Part shown: positions 1 through 9,700 of the stretch, one piece after another
Numbering within the stretch: the stretch's first letter is position 1
Layout: each line of letters starts with the position of its first letter
Assembly: GCA_964490485.1 (NCBI GenBank)
Contig: CAZBCT010000002.1
Coordinates: forward strand, 18,993 to 50,992
DNA from: an uncultured Candidatus Brocadia sp.
Lineage (GTDB): Bacteria > Planctomycetota > Brocadiia > Brocadiales > Brocadiaceae
Length of the DNA stretch: 32,000 nt
Reading direction: 5' to 3'
The notes under the pieces: generated by a model
What the model saw: the letters and a program-made list of their open reading frames with translations, nothing else
What the model was told of the DNA's origin: nothing
The model's database searches: none
Translations under genes and position numbers: made by a program

Positions 1-1
1 G

Positions 2-88
2 AAACCTGAATATGCCGGACTGGCAATGGCCTTCTCCTCCGTATCGGTGGTAACCAATTCCTTATTACTCAAAGCGCGTCGCATGTGA
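2..88 (+). CDS. 3' end of a P-type (heavy-metal/P1B-like) cation-transporting ATPase; N-terminus lies outside the window
   Basis: Frame 2 reads KPEYAGLAMAFSSVSVVTNSLLLKARRM* (stop 86-88). The AMAxSSVSVVxNxLxL stretch is the typical last TM helix of CopA/ZntA-type ATPases. Confidence 0.55.
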   Translation, partial: KPEYAGLAMAFSSVSVVTNSLLLKARRM

Positions 89-125
89 TAAGGCATCATT
101 AATACTTCCCTGTCAATGGATGCAT

Positions 126-154
126 TTGACATTTATTGTCCACCTGTTTATACT
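126..154 (+). promoter_or_regulatory. sigma70-type promoter candidate for the MgtC-family gene
   Basis: TTGACA (126-131), 17-nt spacer, TATACT (149-154). Lies about 70 nt upstream of the ATG at 227. Confidence 0.45.
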
Positions 155-226
155 CTCTGTCACCTATGTAAATATCGTCAACATCAGAGGTTATTGGGTA
201 AAATTTTCATTCGATAAGGAGCTGAT

Positions 227-928
227 ATGCATTACCTGTTAAGTATTATGGAAAGTGTTGATAACCCTGTCGGAAAACTTCTCATCGCATCTGCGTTAGG
301 TGGAATTATTGGGTGGGAACGGGAACGGCGGGGACGTCCTGCAGGATTGCGGACACACCTCCTGGTATGCATCGGTGTTACCTTGATGATGGTGGTATCT
401 GAGCATATCTTTGAAAAATACAAAACTTTTGCCGCTGATTCCATTATGCGGGTTGATCCTGGCAGAATTGCTGCCCAGGTGGTAACAGGTATCGGCTTTC
501 TGGGCGCGGGTACGATTATGAGATTTAAAACCACCGTACGGGGATTGACGACCGCTGCATCCTTATGGGTCGTAGCCGGTATTGGTTTGGCAGTAGGAAG
601 CAGTTGCTATATCCCTGCGATACTTACTACCCTTATAACCGTTTTTGCACTATTCTTAGGGCCTCTCTTTGAGCGTGGTATCAGGCGTGATATCTATAGA
701 ACCCTTACGGTTTGCGTTTCCGGCACAGAACCCAATTTTACCTCTATTACGGAGGTGCTAAAACACAACTCCATGGAGCTTCAGCATTATGAGTTTGAGC
801 GCGATCTTGCGAAGAATGAAGTCCAGTACAGCATTGATGTGCGGTATAAGGATGAGACTTTAGTCTCAAAGGTTTGCGATGACATTACAAAGTCGATCAG
901 GGATATCACCAAACTTGGTTGGGAATAA
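227..928 (+). CDS. MgtC/SapB-family membrane protein with a C-terminal soluble (ACT-like) domain
   Basis: 233-aa ORF. N-terminal LLIASALGGIIGWERERRGRPAGLRTHLLVCIG is the MgtC family signature, followed by several hydrophobic helices. AAGGAG lies 5 nt upstream of the ATG. Confidence 0.85.
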   Translation: MHYLLSIMESVDNPVGKLLIASALGGIIGWERERRGRPAGLRTHLLVCIGVTLMMVVSEHIFEKYKTFAADSIMRVDPGRIAAQVVTGIGFLGAGTIMRFKTTVRGLTTAASLWVVAGIGLAVGSSCYIPAILTTLITVFALFLGPLFERGIRRDIYRTLTVCVSGTEPNFTSITEVLKHNSMELQHYEFERDLAKNEVQYSIDVRYKDETLVSKVCDDITKSIRDITKLGWE

Positions 929-966
929 TCATTTTCCGATTATCTAACTACCGATCAAATAAACAT

Positions 967-995
967 TTGACAATACCTGGTCTATTTGATATATT
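967..995 (+). promoter_or_regulatory. sigma70-type promoter candidate for the TPR gene
   Basis: TTGACA (967-972), 17-nt spacer, TATATT (990-995). Confidence 0.45.
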
Positions 996-1143
996 CCCCC
1001 TGAAAGTACAAGGTCGTTAGCCAACTTTCAAGGGGCGTGTTATGATATGCCCTTACACGAGATTATTGAAATTACCGAACGTCAAATAAGTCCCTTATAA
1101 ACACATCCATCTATCGATAACCGTTTTCATGGGAGATCTGATA

Positions 1144-2400
1144 ATGATAAAGAACCTAGTATCGCCATTCAGGTCATTAACGTTAATGGCAGTATTAGTT
1201 TCTGGAGGTATATACGGATGTTCTAAGGTTGATATGCCGGACGAAATTATAACCGCATATCGAAAAGCCATCCAGATTAACCCAAAAATGGCGGATGCCC
1301 ACTATAACCTGGGAATAGCCTACAATAATCGCACCATGGTTGATGAGGCAATAGCAGAGCTAAAAAAGGCTACGGAAATTGATCCAAACTATAAGGATGC
1401 ACTCTTACAACTGGGCTTGCTTTGCCTGGAGAAAGGTCGCTGGGAAGATGCAATTGCTGCGCTCGAATCTGTGATCAGATTGGATCCCAGGAACGAATTG
1501 GCGCTTGGCAAGCTAGCCGATGTCTATAAAGCCAGAAAGATGTTTGGCGAAGCCATTCATGAGTACAGAAAAGTATTAGAGGCTAATCCCAACGACGTTG
1601 TGACCCAGTATAATTTGGGCGCAGCTTATGCAGAAAAAAACGAACCAGAGGAAGCAATCAAGGCATTCAAAAAGGCCATTGAGCTTAATCCGAATTATGC
1701 AGACGCACATTTCGGTTTGGGTCAGATATTTTTAGACAGGAAACAACTGGAAGAGGCGATCTGCGAATTAAAAAAAGCCGCAGATATTAATCCCTGTCAT
1801 GCCCTGGCGCACTATTGCCTTGGATTGACCTACTACGCCCAACATGATCTTATTAAGGCCGCGGAGGCATTTCGACGGTCAATCGAAGTTGACGCCAAAA
1901 ATCCAAAGGTGCATTATAGCCTGGGGATTGTTTATGCAGACGAGCGGTTCTTTGACAAGGCCATAGCAGAATTCCGTGCGGTAATAAAGCTTGACCCTGG
2001 CAATGCAGAAGCACATTATCGGCTTGGAAAAGCTTATGCAGACAAGCGGGTGCTTGTAAATGCCATTGCCACCGTTCGCAAGGCTGCAGCGGCTCATTAC
2101 AACATAAAGAATCCTTATTCAGACAAAAGAGCGCTGGATGAAGCTATTGCTTCATTACAAAAAGCCATTGAGGTGAACCCTTACAATCCATCGGTATATT
2201 TTGACCTTGGAAGCGCCTATTCACAAAGCAGAATCCTGGATGATGCCGCAGCGGCTCTTGAAGAGACCGTTAGAATCGATCCGAATTTCGCAAAGGCACA
2301 TTATGGTTTAAGTATTATTTACGAACGGAAAGGGATGAAAGAAGATGCACAGCGCGAGTTTTCATCATACAAGCAATTAACCGGTGAATGCGGGAAATAA
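1144..2400 (+). CDS. Tetratricopeptide (TPR) repeat protein, probably exported, possible lipoprotein
   Basis: ORF 1129-2400. About ten 34-aa units of the form A.AHYNLG.AY......EAI..F.KAIE.NP. N-terminal hydrophobic segment ends in GGIYGC. I prefer the ATG at 1144 because GGGAGA (1132-1137) sits 6 nt upstream of it; 1129 remains possible. Confidence 0.85.
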   Translation: MIKNLVSPFRSLTLMAVLVSGGIYGCSKVDMPDEIITAYRKAIQINPKMADAHYNLGIAYNNRTMVDEAIAELKKATEIDPNYKDALLQLGLLCLEKGRWEDAIAALESVIRLDPRNELALGKLADVYKARKMFGEAIHEYRKVLEANPNDVVTQYNLGAAYAEKNEPEEAIKAFKKAIELNPNYADAHFGLGQIFLDRKQLEEAICELKKAADINPCHALAHYCLGLTYYAQHDLIKAAEAFRRSIEVDAKNPKVHYSLGIVYADERFFDKAIAEFRAVIKLDPGNAEAHYRLGKAYADKRVLVNAIATVRKAAAAHYNIKNPYSDKRALDEAIASLQKAIEVNPYNPSVYFDLGSAYSQSRILDDAAAALEETVRIDPNFAKAHYGLSIIYERKGMKEDAQREFSSYKQLTGECGK

Positions 2401-2464
2401 ATTTTTGAGAGACATATCTCCCGAAGGTCGTAATAATTGTGCGCCGGAAAATTCAGGAGACCAT

Positions 2465-2494
2465 AAAAAAGAGGGTTAAAACCCTCTTTTTTTA
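2465..2494 (+). terminator. Rho-independent terminator after the TPR gene, potentially bidirectional
   Basis: aaaaaa-GAGGGTT-aa-AACCCTC-ttttttt. A 7-bp stem is flanked by an A-run and a T-run. Confidence 0.7.
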
Positions 2495-2523
2495 TTTCAT
2501 CACGGGGAAGTCCGTCAAGTCCT

Positions 2524-4020
2524 ATGCGGGATAAGATATATGCCTATCTGAAGGCTCATACCGGCGGCGCTACCAGCCATGAACTGGTTGAACAGGTATT
2601 GAAAATCAAAGGCGCCGCACCAGGGATCAGCGAAACACTCATCCAGACTGCCGTTGCGGGAGACCGCAGGTTTGCCATAGATGCGCATCGTCTCTGGAAG
2701 ATTGCAGAGGGAAGAGGCACGCCTTTCCCGGAGGCTGAGTTTGTACTGCTCAGTTTCGTAACGGTTGACACGGCTGAAAGGTCAAAAACGATTGTCGAAG
2801 TGAGTGCACAAAAAATCAAAAATGACGCGACGATAGACCGCCTTCACGTCTGCATAAATCCTGGTTTGCCAGCCATATCGACCCTTCACTTGCCGCCGGA
2901 TTTTGTGCAGGAAATTAAAAACGGTGTTTCCTGGGAGAAGGCCGCGCGTTCTCTCGATGATTTCTTCGGAGGGGCTGTTTTGGTCGGCTACGACATCCAG
3001 TCTGCCATACATCAGATCAATAAGATTCTAAATACCTTCCATAGAACGATTGAAAATGTCTTGCTGTGCTTACGCTGCCTTACGAAGAAGCTCATGCCAG
3101 CGCTTCACCAAAAATCGCTGAGCGAGGTAGCCTCACACTTCAAACTTCCCATCCTGGATATCCGGCGTACCGAAAGAGAGATCGATATCATTGCTGACAT
3201 CTTTTCACGGTATAAAGAATTATTAAAAGAAAATGGATTCAAAACCGTGGAAGAGGCCCTGGAATTTCAATATCCTCTTATTGAATATATCGATTTCAGT
3301 AAATATGCCTTCGATAAATATTTCCTGTGGTCCATCCCGCAGATGCCAGGCGTCTATAAAATGAAGAATAAACATGGTGAGGTAATTTACATAGGCAAGG
3401 CAAAGAATTTGAGGACACGGGTGAGTTCCTATTTTTGGAATACACCGGATCGGTTGCAAAAAATAACCGATCTCTTGCGGGACATGTACTGCATTGAATA
3501 TGAGGTTGCCGGCTCGGAGCTTTCGGCAATGCTCATGGAATACCGGTTGATACAACAATACCGGCCACGAGTGAACCAGCAACTCGAAGTGCATGAAAGG
3601 CCGGCCCGCTATGGAAAATTGAGGAATTTCATCGCGATCTTACCTTCATCAACAGAAGAAAGTTTGGAACTGTTCTTTGCCAGTGAAGGAGCGCCCTTGA
3701 AACAATACGAAGTTTTAAGAGATGCTGTAAACTTTTCTAAAGTCGAAAAAATTTTAGACCTCATGTATTATGGAACTGAGACACGTGGCCACTCTCCCAC
3801 GTGTGCAAACGTTGATGAAAATCTCCCAAATCACCATTTAACAGCTCGCATTGAAGACGGGGAAATAGACATCGTGCTGAGTTGGCTGGAAGCAAACAAA
3901 GATCACGTGAATTACATAAACCTGGATACTGTTTGTACCAAAGAGGCATGCATAAAACTGGTAAAGGATTATATCAGAGACGAAGAAACACCCCGTAAGA
4001 AGCATTTCCGGCCGAAGTAG
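2524..4020 (+). CDS. Fusion protein: N-terminal ~70-aa domain, degenerate DEDD (DnaQ-like) exonuclease-like domain, UvrC/Cho-type GIY-YIG nuclease domain, and an uncharacterised C-terminal ~140 aa
   Basis: 498-aa ORF. The GIY-YIG core is intact (PGVYKMKNKHGEVIYIGKAKNLRTRVSSYF ... IEYEVAGSELSAMLMEYRLIQQYRPRVN). The preceding ~160 aa has the DnaQ-like hydrophobic pattern, but the acidic catalytic positions appear substituted (see finding). Confidence 0.75.
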   Translation: MRDKIYAYLKAHTGGATSHELVEQVLKIKGAAPGISETLIQTAVAGDRRFAIDAHRLWKIAEGRGTPFPEAEFVLLSFVTVDTAERSKTIVEVSAQKIKNDATIDRLHVCINPGLPAISTLHLPPDFVQEIKNGVSWEKAARSLDDFFGGAVLVGYDIQSAIHQINKILNTFHRTIENVLLCLRCLTKKLMPALHQKSLSEVASHFKLPILDIRRTEREIDIIADIFSRYKELLKENGFKTVEEALEFQYPLIEYIDFSKYAFDKYFLWSIPQMPGVYKMKNKHGEVIYIGKAKNLRTRVSSYFWNTPDRLQKITDLLRDMYCIEYEVAGSELSAMLMEYRLIQQYRPRVNQQLEVHERPARYGKLRNFIAILPSSTEESLELFFASEGAPLKQYEVLRDAVNFSKVEKILDLMYYGTETRGHSPTCANVDENLPNHHLTARIEDGEIDIVLSWLEANKDHVNYINLDTVCTKEACIKLVKDYIRDEETPRKKHFRPK

Positions 4021-4145
4021 CAATTCACCGAACTAAAAACCTATCACCGTAAATGATTGCATATGAGCGCGAATCGCGAACCCTGGATAAGGTATATCTA
4101 TCAGTGTTGATCTCTTAATAGCCTTTATGTGCTCCCATTACAAAC

Positions 4146-4272
4146 TATAGTGAACGTCTTAAGTAAGTATACAGGTAAATGTCATTGCCAGCAGAGCGAA
4201 GCAATCCATACCTTATAGATTGCTTCGTGCTATCGCCCTCGCAATGACTACTTTCTTTTGTCGTTCACTATA
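4146..4272. repeat. Nested-palindrome (REP/MITE-like) element between convergent genes
   Basis: Outer inverted repeat TATAGTGAACG (4146-4156) / CGTTCACTATA (4262-4272). Middle inverted repeat GTCATTGC (4181-4188) / GCAATGAC (4241-4248). Inner inverted repeat CGAAGCAATC / GATTGCTTCG around an 11-nt loop. Confidence 0.6.
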
Positions 4273-4297
4273 ACTCTTTTTGCCGACAATCTGTTCA

Positions 4298-5305
4298 TCA
4301 CAACAGCTTCTCGGCAATCTGAATGGCGTTGAGGGCGGCGCCTTTGCGGATATTATCGCTCACAACCCACATATTGATTCCATGATCAATCGATTCGTCT
4401 TCACGAATGCGGCCCACAAAGACTTCGTCTTTCCCCGCAGCCATGGTGGCCAATGGATACAATTGGTTGGCTGGGTCATCCATTAATTTAACCCCCGGCG
4501 CCGTTGAGAGAAGCTTCTTTACAGCCGCTGCGGTAATTTTTCTCTCTGTTTCTATATTTATACACTCGCTATGACTGCGAATAACAGGCACGCGCACGGT
4601 TGTTGCAGTTACCCGGATGCTATTATCCCCCATGATCTTTTTAGTCTCGCTTACCATCTTCATCTCTTCGGATGTATAGCCATTGGGAAGAAACGCATTG
4701 CTCTGGGGAATCTGCGGCAACACGTTAAATGCAATCTGATAGGGGAACAGATTTCTTTTAAAACCTTCCTGCCCGGACAGAATACTCGCCGTCTCCTTTT
4801 GAAGTTCATCGATGGCTTTCAACCCTGCACCGGACACGGCCTGATACGTTGACACGACAATCCTCTTTATCCTGACAGCATCATGGATCGGTTTCAAGGC
4901 AACCACCATCTGAATGGTAGAACAATTCGGGTTGGCAATCACGCCATGATGTTTTGCAATATCCTGCGGGTTCACCTCAGGCACTACCAGAGGCACGTCA
5001 TCATCCATCCGAAAGGCACTGGAATTATCTACACAAATGGCCCCACTCTCAATAGCATACGGCACATATTCCCTGCTGATGCTTGCCCCGGCACTAAAGA
5101 GGGCAATCTTTATCCCCTGAAAAGAATGCTTCGTTAATTCCTGTACGGTGTAATCAGCCCCGCAAAACCGCATCTTTTTCCCGGCGGAATGTTTGGATGC
5201 CAGCAACCTCAATTCTTTTATGGGAAATTTCCTGCTTTCCAGTATCCTGAGAAATTCCCCACCTACCGCTCCCGTTGCACCAACTACTGCGACATTTACA
5301 GCCAT
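4298..5305 (-). CDS. asd: Aspartate-semialdehyde dehydrogenase
   Basis: 335 aa. Contains MAVNVAVVGATGAVGGEF (NAD(P) Rossmann motif), NPNCSTI (active-site Cys) and a SGAG motif. AAGGAG lies upstream. Confidence 0.93.
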   Translation of the reverse strand: MAVNVAVVGATGAVGGEFLRILESRKFPIKELRLLASKHSAGKKMRFCGADYTVQELTKHSFQGIKIALFSAGASISREYVPYAIESGAICVDNSSAFRMDDDVPLVVPEVNPQDIAKHHGVIANPNCSTIQMVVALKPIHDAVRIKRIVVSTYQAVSGAGLKAIDELQKETASILSGQEGFKRNLFPYQIAFNVLPQIPQSNAFLPNGYTSEEMKMVSETKKIMGDNSIRVTATTVRVPVIRSHSECINIETERKITAAAVKKLLSTAPGVKLMDDPANQLYPLATMAAGKDEVFVGRIREDESIDHGINMWVVSDNIRKGAALNAIQIAEKLL

Positions 5306-5392
5306 CTCTTCACAAAACTCCTTTCATCGTTAAAGGCATCATTTCGCTGTCAGCTTTAACACCTGTTGCCAACCGTTCTCGCCAGAAGCGAT

Positions 5393-6358
5393 CTATCTAA
5401 CACGTATGAGAATGTCATCTTGAATTTTTTCTCTCTGCTTAACCGGCGCTATCTCGGCTAAAAATCTCTGTGCATCGCTATAATACCCTGCTGTTGGTTT
5501 CAAACCGGGGAGAAGTTGAACCCAGTATTGATTTTCCAATCGCATAAACAGCTCCCGAATATACTTACTGAACATCGAAGCAAGAGCAACGGTCATACAC
5601 ATATCTTCGCCTTTTTCCACAAAGGATATCATCATTTTCTTAAGCGCTGTTTTTACTTCGTATGTTGAAATCTTATTTCCCTCCTTTAAGACACGTACAT
5701 CTGCAATTGATAATTGCTCTTTCAGTAGGTTAGTATAGGTATTTCTGCCCCCCTGCTTATCAACAATTAAACGTATGTGTCCGTCAGATAAATTCCACAG
5801 CCGAGAAACAAGTCCCGCACATGCTTTAAATAAGACAATAGACTTATTTCGAAACAATTGTATCTGATCGTTAAACTCCTGTACGGGGACGACGCAACTG
5901 CTTGCGTGAAAAAACCGCATATCTTGTTTATGAAAAGCATGGTTTAAAGCATCTGCATAATTTAAGATAACTACACGATTCGTGGTTAAAGGCAGCGGAT
6001 ACTCTTTTCCGGCATACCATGGATAGCGACTAAGGCCTCCGATATTATGGCATGATAGGCCGTCAAGCAGTTGATGAAAGGACGTAATAGGTAAACCGCC
6101 TGATTCGAGGAACGAAAGAACGCCTACTTCCAATGGCTGTAAGCCTAAGTCATGGTGTGTCCGGTAAAGTTTTTTACTATCACGAACGGCAATCCTCTGA
6201 TTTCTGCCCTTGAGATCGTTTGATACAGCATCCTTTAATAGTTCCCACAAGGAATGATCAATCTTTTCGTCCGGCACATAAAAAGCAACTATAGTAGTTA
6301 CCATTGGGCCCAGCACAGGACCATAGCCGGATTCATCAATACCTGCTATTATAGCCAT
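5393..6358 (-). CDS. Divergent, enlarged RNase HII (type 2 RNase H) family protein
   Basis: 321 aa. GIDESGYGPVLGPMV matches GxDEAGRGPLAGPVV. DSKKL is present. IVDKQGG and EKGEDMCMTVALASMFSKYIRE match the kaD...VaaASIlAK..RD block. About 100 extra residues sit between the DSKKL motif and the third acidic motif. Confidence 0.6.
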   Translation of the reverse strand: MAIIAGIDESGYGPVLGPMVTTIVAFYVPDEKIDHSLWELLKDAVSNDLKGRNQRIAVRDSKKLYRTHHDLGLQPLEVGVLSFLESGGLPITSFHQLLDGLSCHNIGGLSRYPWYAGKEYPLPLTTNRVVILNYADALNHAFHKQDMRFFHASSCVVPVQEFNDQIQLFRNKSIVLFKACAGLVSRLWNLSDGHIRLIVDKQGGRNTYTNLLKEQLSIADVRVLKEGNKISTYEVKTALKKMMISFVEKGEDMCMTVALASMFSKYIRELFMRLENQYWVQLLPGLKPTAGYYSDAQRFLAEIAPVKQREKIQDDILIRVR

Positions 6359-6475
6359 CTCTAAACATAATTAAACGTATCCGTATAACTAAGAGTTCCC
6401 ACGAAGACACTACTGCCCCTGTTCAATGTTTTATAGCTCTGTTTTTCCCCTCACATAAAACTTGGCAAACAGGTT

Positions 6476-6504
6476 ATTTAAAATTTTTTTTTACCCGTTG
6501 TCAA
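6476..6504 (-). promoter_or_regulatory. sigma70-type promoter candidate for the RNase HII-like gene / asd
   Basis: Minus strand: TTGACA (6504-6499), 17-nt spacer, TTAAAT (6481-6476). Confidence 0.3.
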
Positions 6505-6547
6505 TAGAAAATCTATTATTGAAAATCCATTATAATATATAATACAG

Positions 6548-6634
6548 GAGATTCCGAAACAAGTTCGGAATGACAAAATGCAAAATGTCATGCTGAATCC
6601 TGATTTTCATGAAGACAAGCTTGTTTCAGCATCC
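6548..6634. repeat. Two adjacent GTCAT-type hairpin repeats
   Basis: ATTCCGAA-acaag-TTCGGAAT followed by GAC (6551-6574). GTC-ATGCTGAA (6587-6597) pairs with TTCAGCAT (6625-6632) around a 27-nt insert that contains the palindrome ACAAGCTTGT. Confidence 0.5.
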
Positions 6635-6718
6635 CCTATCAAAAATACCCTTCCGACTTGTTGGGGGTTAGGTATTTATAAATTGCCTTTTGCTTACTCA
6701 ACAGTTTTCGCAAGGTAC

Positions 6719-6747
6719 GGAGGGACACAGGGTCGCCGTGTCCCTCC
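6719..6747. terminator. GC-rich stem-loop 40 nt downstream of the Kelch-repeat gene, possible terminator
   Basis: GGAGGGACAC-agggtcgcc-GTGTCCCTCC (10-bp stem). The T-rich tail is on the plus-strand side only, so its role for the minus-strand gene is uncertain. Confidence 0.35.
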
Positions 6748-6788
6748 TCATACTTTCTTTTACAAATGAAGATTTTTCCCCCTGTCTC

Positions 6789-9700
6789 TTATGGGAAATA
6801 GAGCCCACCGGTGTTGAGAGAGCTAGCGCCATTATATCCTCCCCACACGATCATCTCTGTATTTGTCCAGACCGCGGTGTGGCCATACCTGCCGCTGGGG
6901 GCACCTATGCTGGCTGTGGGCGTCCAGGTATTTGTCGATGGGTTATAACGTCCACCGCTGTTGAAATAATTCGTACCATTCCATCCTCCCCATACGATCA
7001 TCTGCGTACCTGTCCACACCGCTGTGTGAGAATCACGGCCGCTGGGGGCACCTGTCGTGGTGGTGGGTGTCCAGGTATTTGTCGATGGGTTGTAACGATA
7101 ACCAGTATAGAGCCATATACTTCCGGAAGAAAAACCTTGTCCACCCCATATAATCATCTCGGTGCCAGTCCACACCCACGTGAAATAAATTCGGGCGCTG
7201 GGAGCACCTGTGGTGGATATAGGTAGCCATTGTCCTGACGATGGGTTGTAACGTCCACCGGTGTTGACATAACCAGAACTGCCTGCCCCTCCCCACACAA
7301 TCATCCACCCTCCGGCCCACACCGCTGCGTGCCCTCCCCTGGGTGAGAGAATACTTGCGGATGTGGGTGCCCATGTATCAGACACGGGATTGTAACGTCC
7401 GCCGGTGTTGAGATAATTAATAGCATCCCTCCCACCCCACACGATCATCTCTGTGCTCGTCCATACTGCCGTGTGAGCAACTCTGGCGCTGGGGGCGCCC
7501 GTCGTGGATGTGGGTGTCCATGTGTTTGTCGATGGGTTGTATCGTCCGCCGGTATTCCAATATTGATTACCTGTAATACCAACCCCACCCCACACGATCA
7601 TCTGTGTGCCCGTCCATACCACCGTGTGCCTTGCCCGGGCAGTGGGGACGTTTGTAATGCTTGTAGCTGACCACGAGTTTGTCGATGGGCTGTAGCGTCC
7701 ACCGGTGTTGAAATAAGTCGTGCCATTCCATCCCCCCCACACGATCATCTGCGTGCCTGTCCACACCGCCGTATGCCAGTATCGTGCACCAGGGGCGCCT
7801 AGTGTGGTCGTGGATGTGGTGGTCCATGAGTTTAACGACGGGTTGTAGCGTCCGCCGGTATTGAGATACGAAGAACTACCATATCCACCCCAAACAATCA
7901 TCTCCGTGTTCGTCCACACTGCCGTGTGAAGCTGTCTGGCGATGGGGGCACCTGTCACAGCAGTAGATATCCATGAGTTTGTCGACGGGCTGTACCTTCC
8001 GCCGGTGCCGAGAAAATTGATAGCATCCACTCCCCCCCACACGATCATCACTGTGCCCGTCCATACCGCCGTGTGATAGCGCCGGCCGCTGGGGGTTACT
8101 GCTGACAAGAGTGTTGGTGTCCATGTGTTTGCCGAAGGGTTGTACCGTCCACCGGTGTTGAGATAACCGCCATTATATCCCCCCCACACGATCATCTCCG
8201 TACCCGTCCATACCGCCGTGTGGAGTTCTCTTGCACCAGGGACACCTGATGTGTTTGTAGTTGCCCAGGTGTTTGTCGATGGACTGTACCGTCCGCCGGT
8301 ATTGAGATAAGTCGTACCATTCCATCCACCCCACACGATCATCTGCGTACCCGTCCATACCGCCGTGTGATAGCGTCGGCCGCTGGGGACTCCTGTCGTA
8401 GCTGTTGATGTCCAGGTATTTGTCGATGGGCTGTAACGTCCGCCGGTGTTAAGATAACTGCCATTCCATCCACCCCACACGATCATCTGTGTGCCCGTCC
8501 ATACCGCCGTGTGATAGCGTCGGCCGCTGGGTGCACCTGTCGTGGTTGTGGGTGTCCAGCTATTTGCTGATAGGTTGTAGCGTCCGCCGGTGTTAAGATT
8601 ACCAGCACTATCATTTCCTCCCCATATAATCATCTCGGTACCAGTCCATACTGCACTATGTCCCGTACGGCCAGTCGGTGCACCCGCCAAGCTCATTTGT
8701 TGCCAACTATTGGTGGACGGATTGTAACGGACTCCATTGTTTTGATAACCGTACGTAATGCCACCATAGCCACCCCACACGATCATCTGTGCACCCGTCC
8801 ACACCGCCGTGTGCCCGCTCCGGGATGGGACTTGACTTGCAGCCGTTGGAGACCAGGTATTGGGTACAGAAGCATAGGGCAGGGGGACTGCTGCAATTTC
8901 AGGCAAGCTATAGGTAAATGCCTCACCTTCTACCTCATGTGCAAACCGCTCATTCTCCCGTGACCACCACTTGCCAAAATCCACCTTCCTCCACTCCACC
9001 ACTGCCACCTTTACCTGATCTGTCTCCTTCTGTAACACCTCAACCACATAAAACCTCTCCGCATCCTCCTGTAACCCACTTACCCGTCCCACGGGGATAT
9101 TATCTTCCTTCTCTCCAAATATCTCTGACAACCTCCCTGTCTCTTCCTGCCACTCATCCTCAGAAAGTTCCAGGGTGTCTCCACTTATGTTATCCTTTGT
9201 GTTCTCTTCCGAACTTTCCCCTTCATGTCCGGGCGGAAGCACCCCGCCCCTCCCATTCCCTTTCCGCCATTCCATCTCATGGTATGCGCCTTTCATGTCC
9301 TTCATGTCCTCTATCCTGTCGTGCCCTCTTATACTCTTCATCGCCCGTTTCTTCAATCTCCCATGATACCGTTCATCAAAGGCATACCAGCCGTGTATGA
9401 GTCTTTCCGCGAGCGTCTGTCTGGCCAAGACCTCCGCTATCAACTGCGGATCATTACCCAGCGCCGACCAGAGTTCGCGTAACATATCGGGATTCCGGGT
9501 TGTTTCTGCCATTCGCTCCATCTCCGCCTGGAGATCGCTCCCGGTGATCGGATGATGCCATAACTCTTCCAGCGCCTTTGACTTTCTCAGTACCTCTTCC
9601 ACCTTCTTTTCCAGCTCATCTTCAGACAAAACATCGCTCAACGGTGGTTTTAGAGATGGATTCGCCTCAGGCCAGATCGTATGTCTCCAGTACACCTCTT

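Noticed and set aside
996-1035. Stem-loop CCCCTGAAAGT...ACTTTCAAGGGG at the start of the TPR gene leader
   Set aside because: It is a real 11-bp inverted repeat with one bulge. Its 5' arm overlaps the predicted transcription start, and I recognise no riboswitch or attenuator motif, so I cannot assign a function.
6795-8830. Regular ~150-bp periodic repeats that could be mistaken for a CRISPR array or satellite
   Set aside because: There are no unique spacers. The whole region is one uninterrupted ORF, and the period equals one Kelch blade of 48-53 codons.
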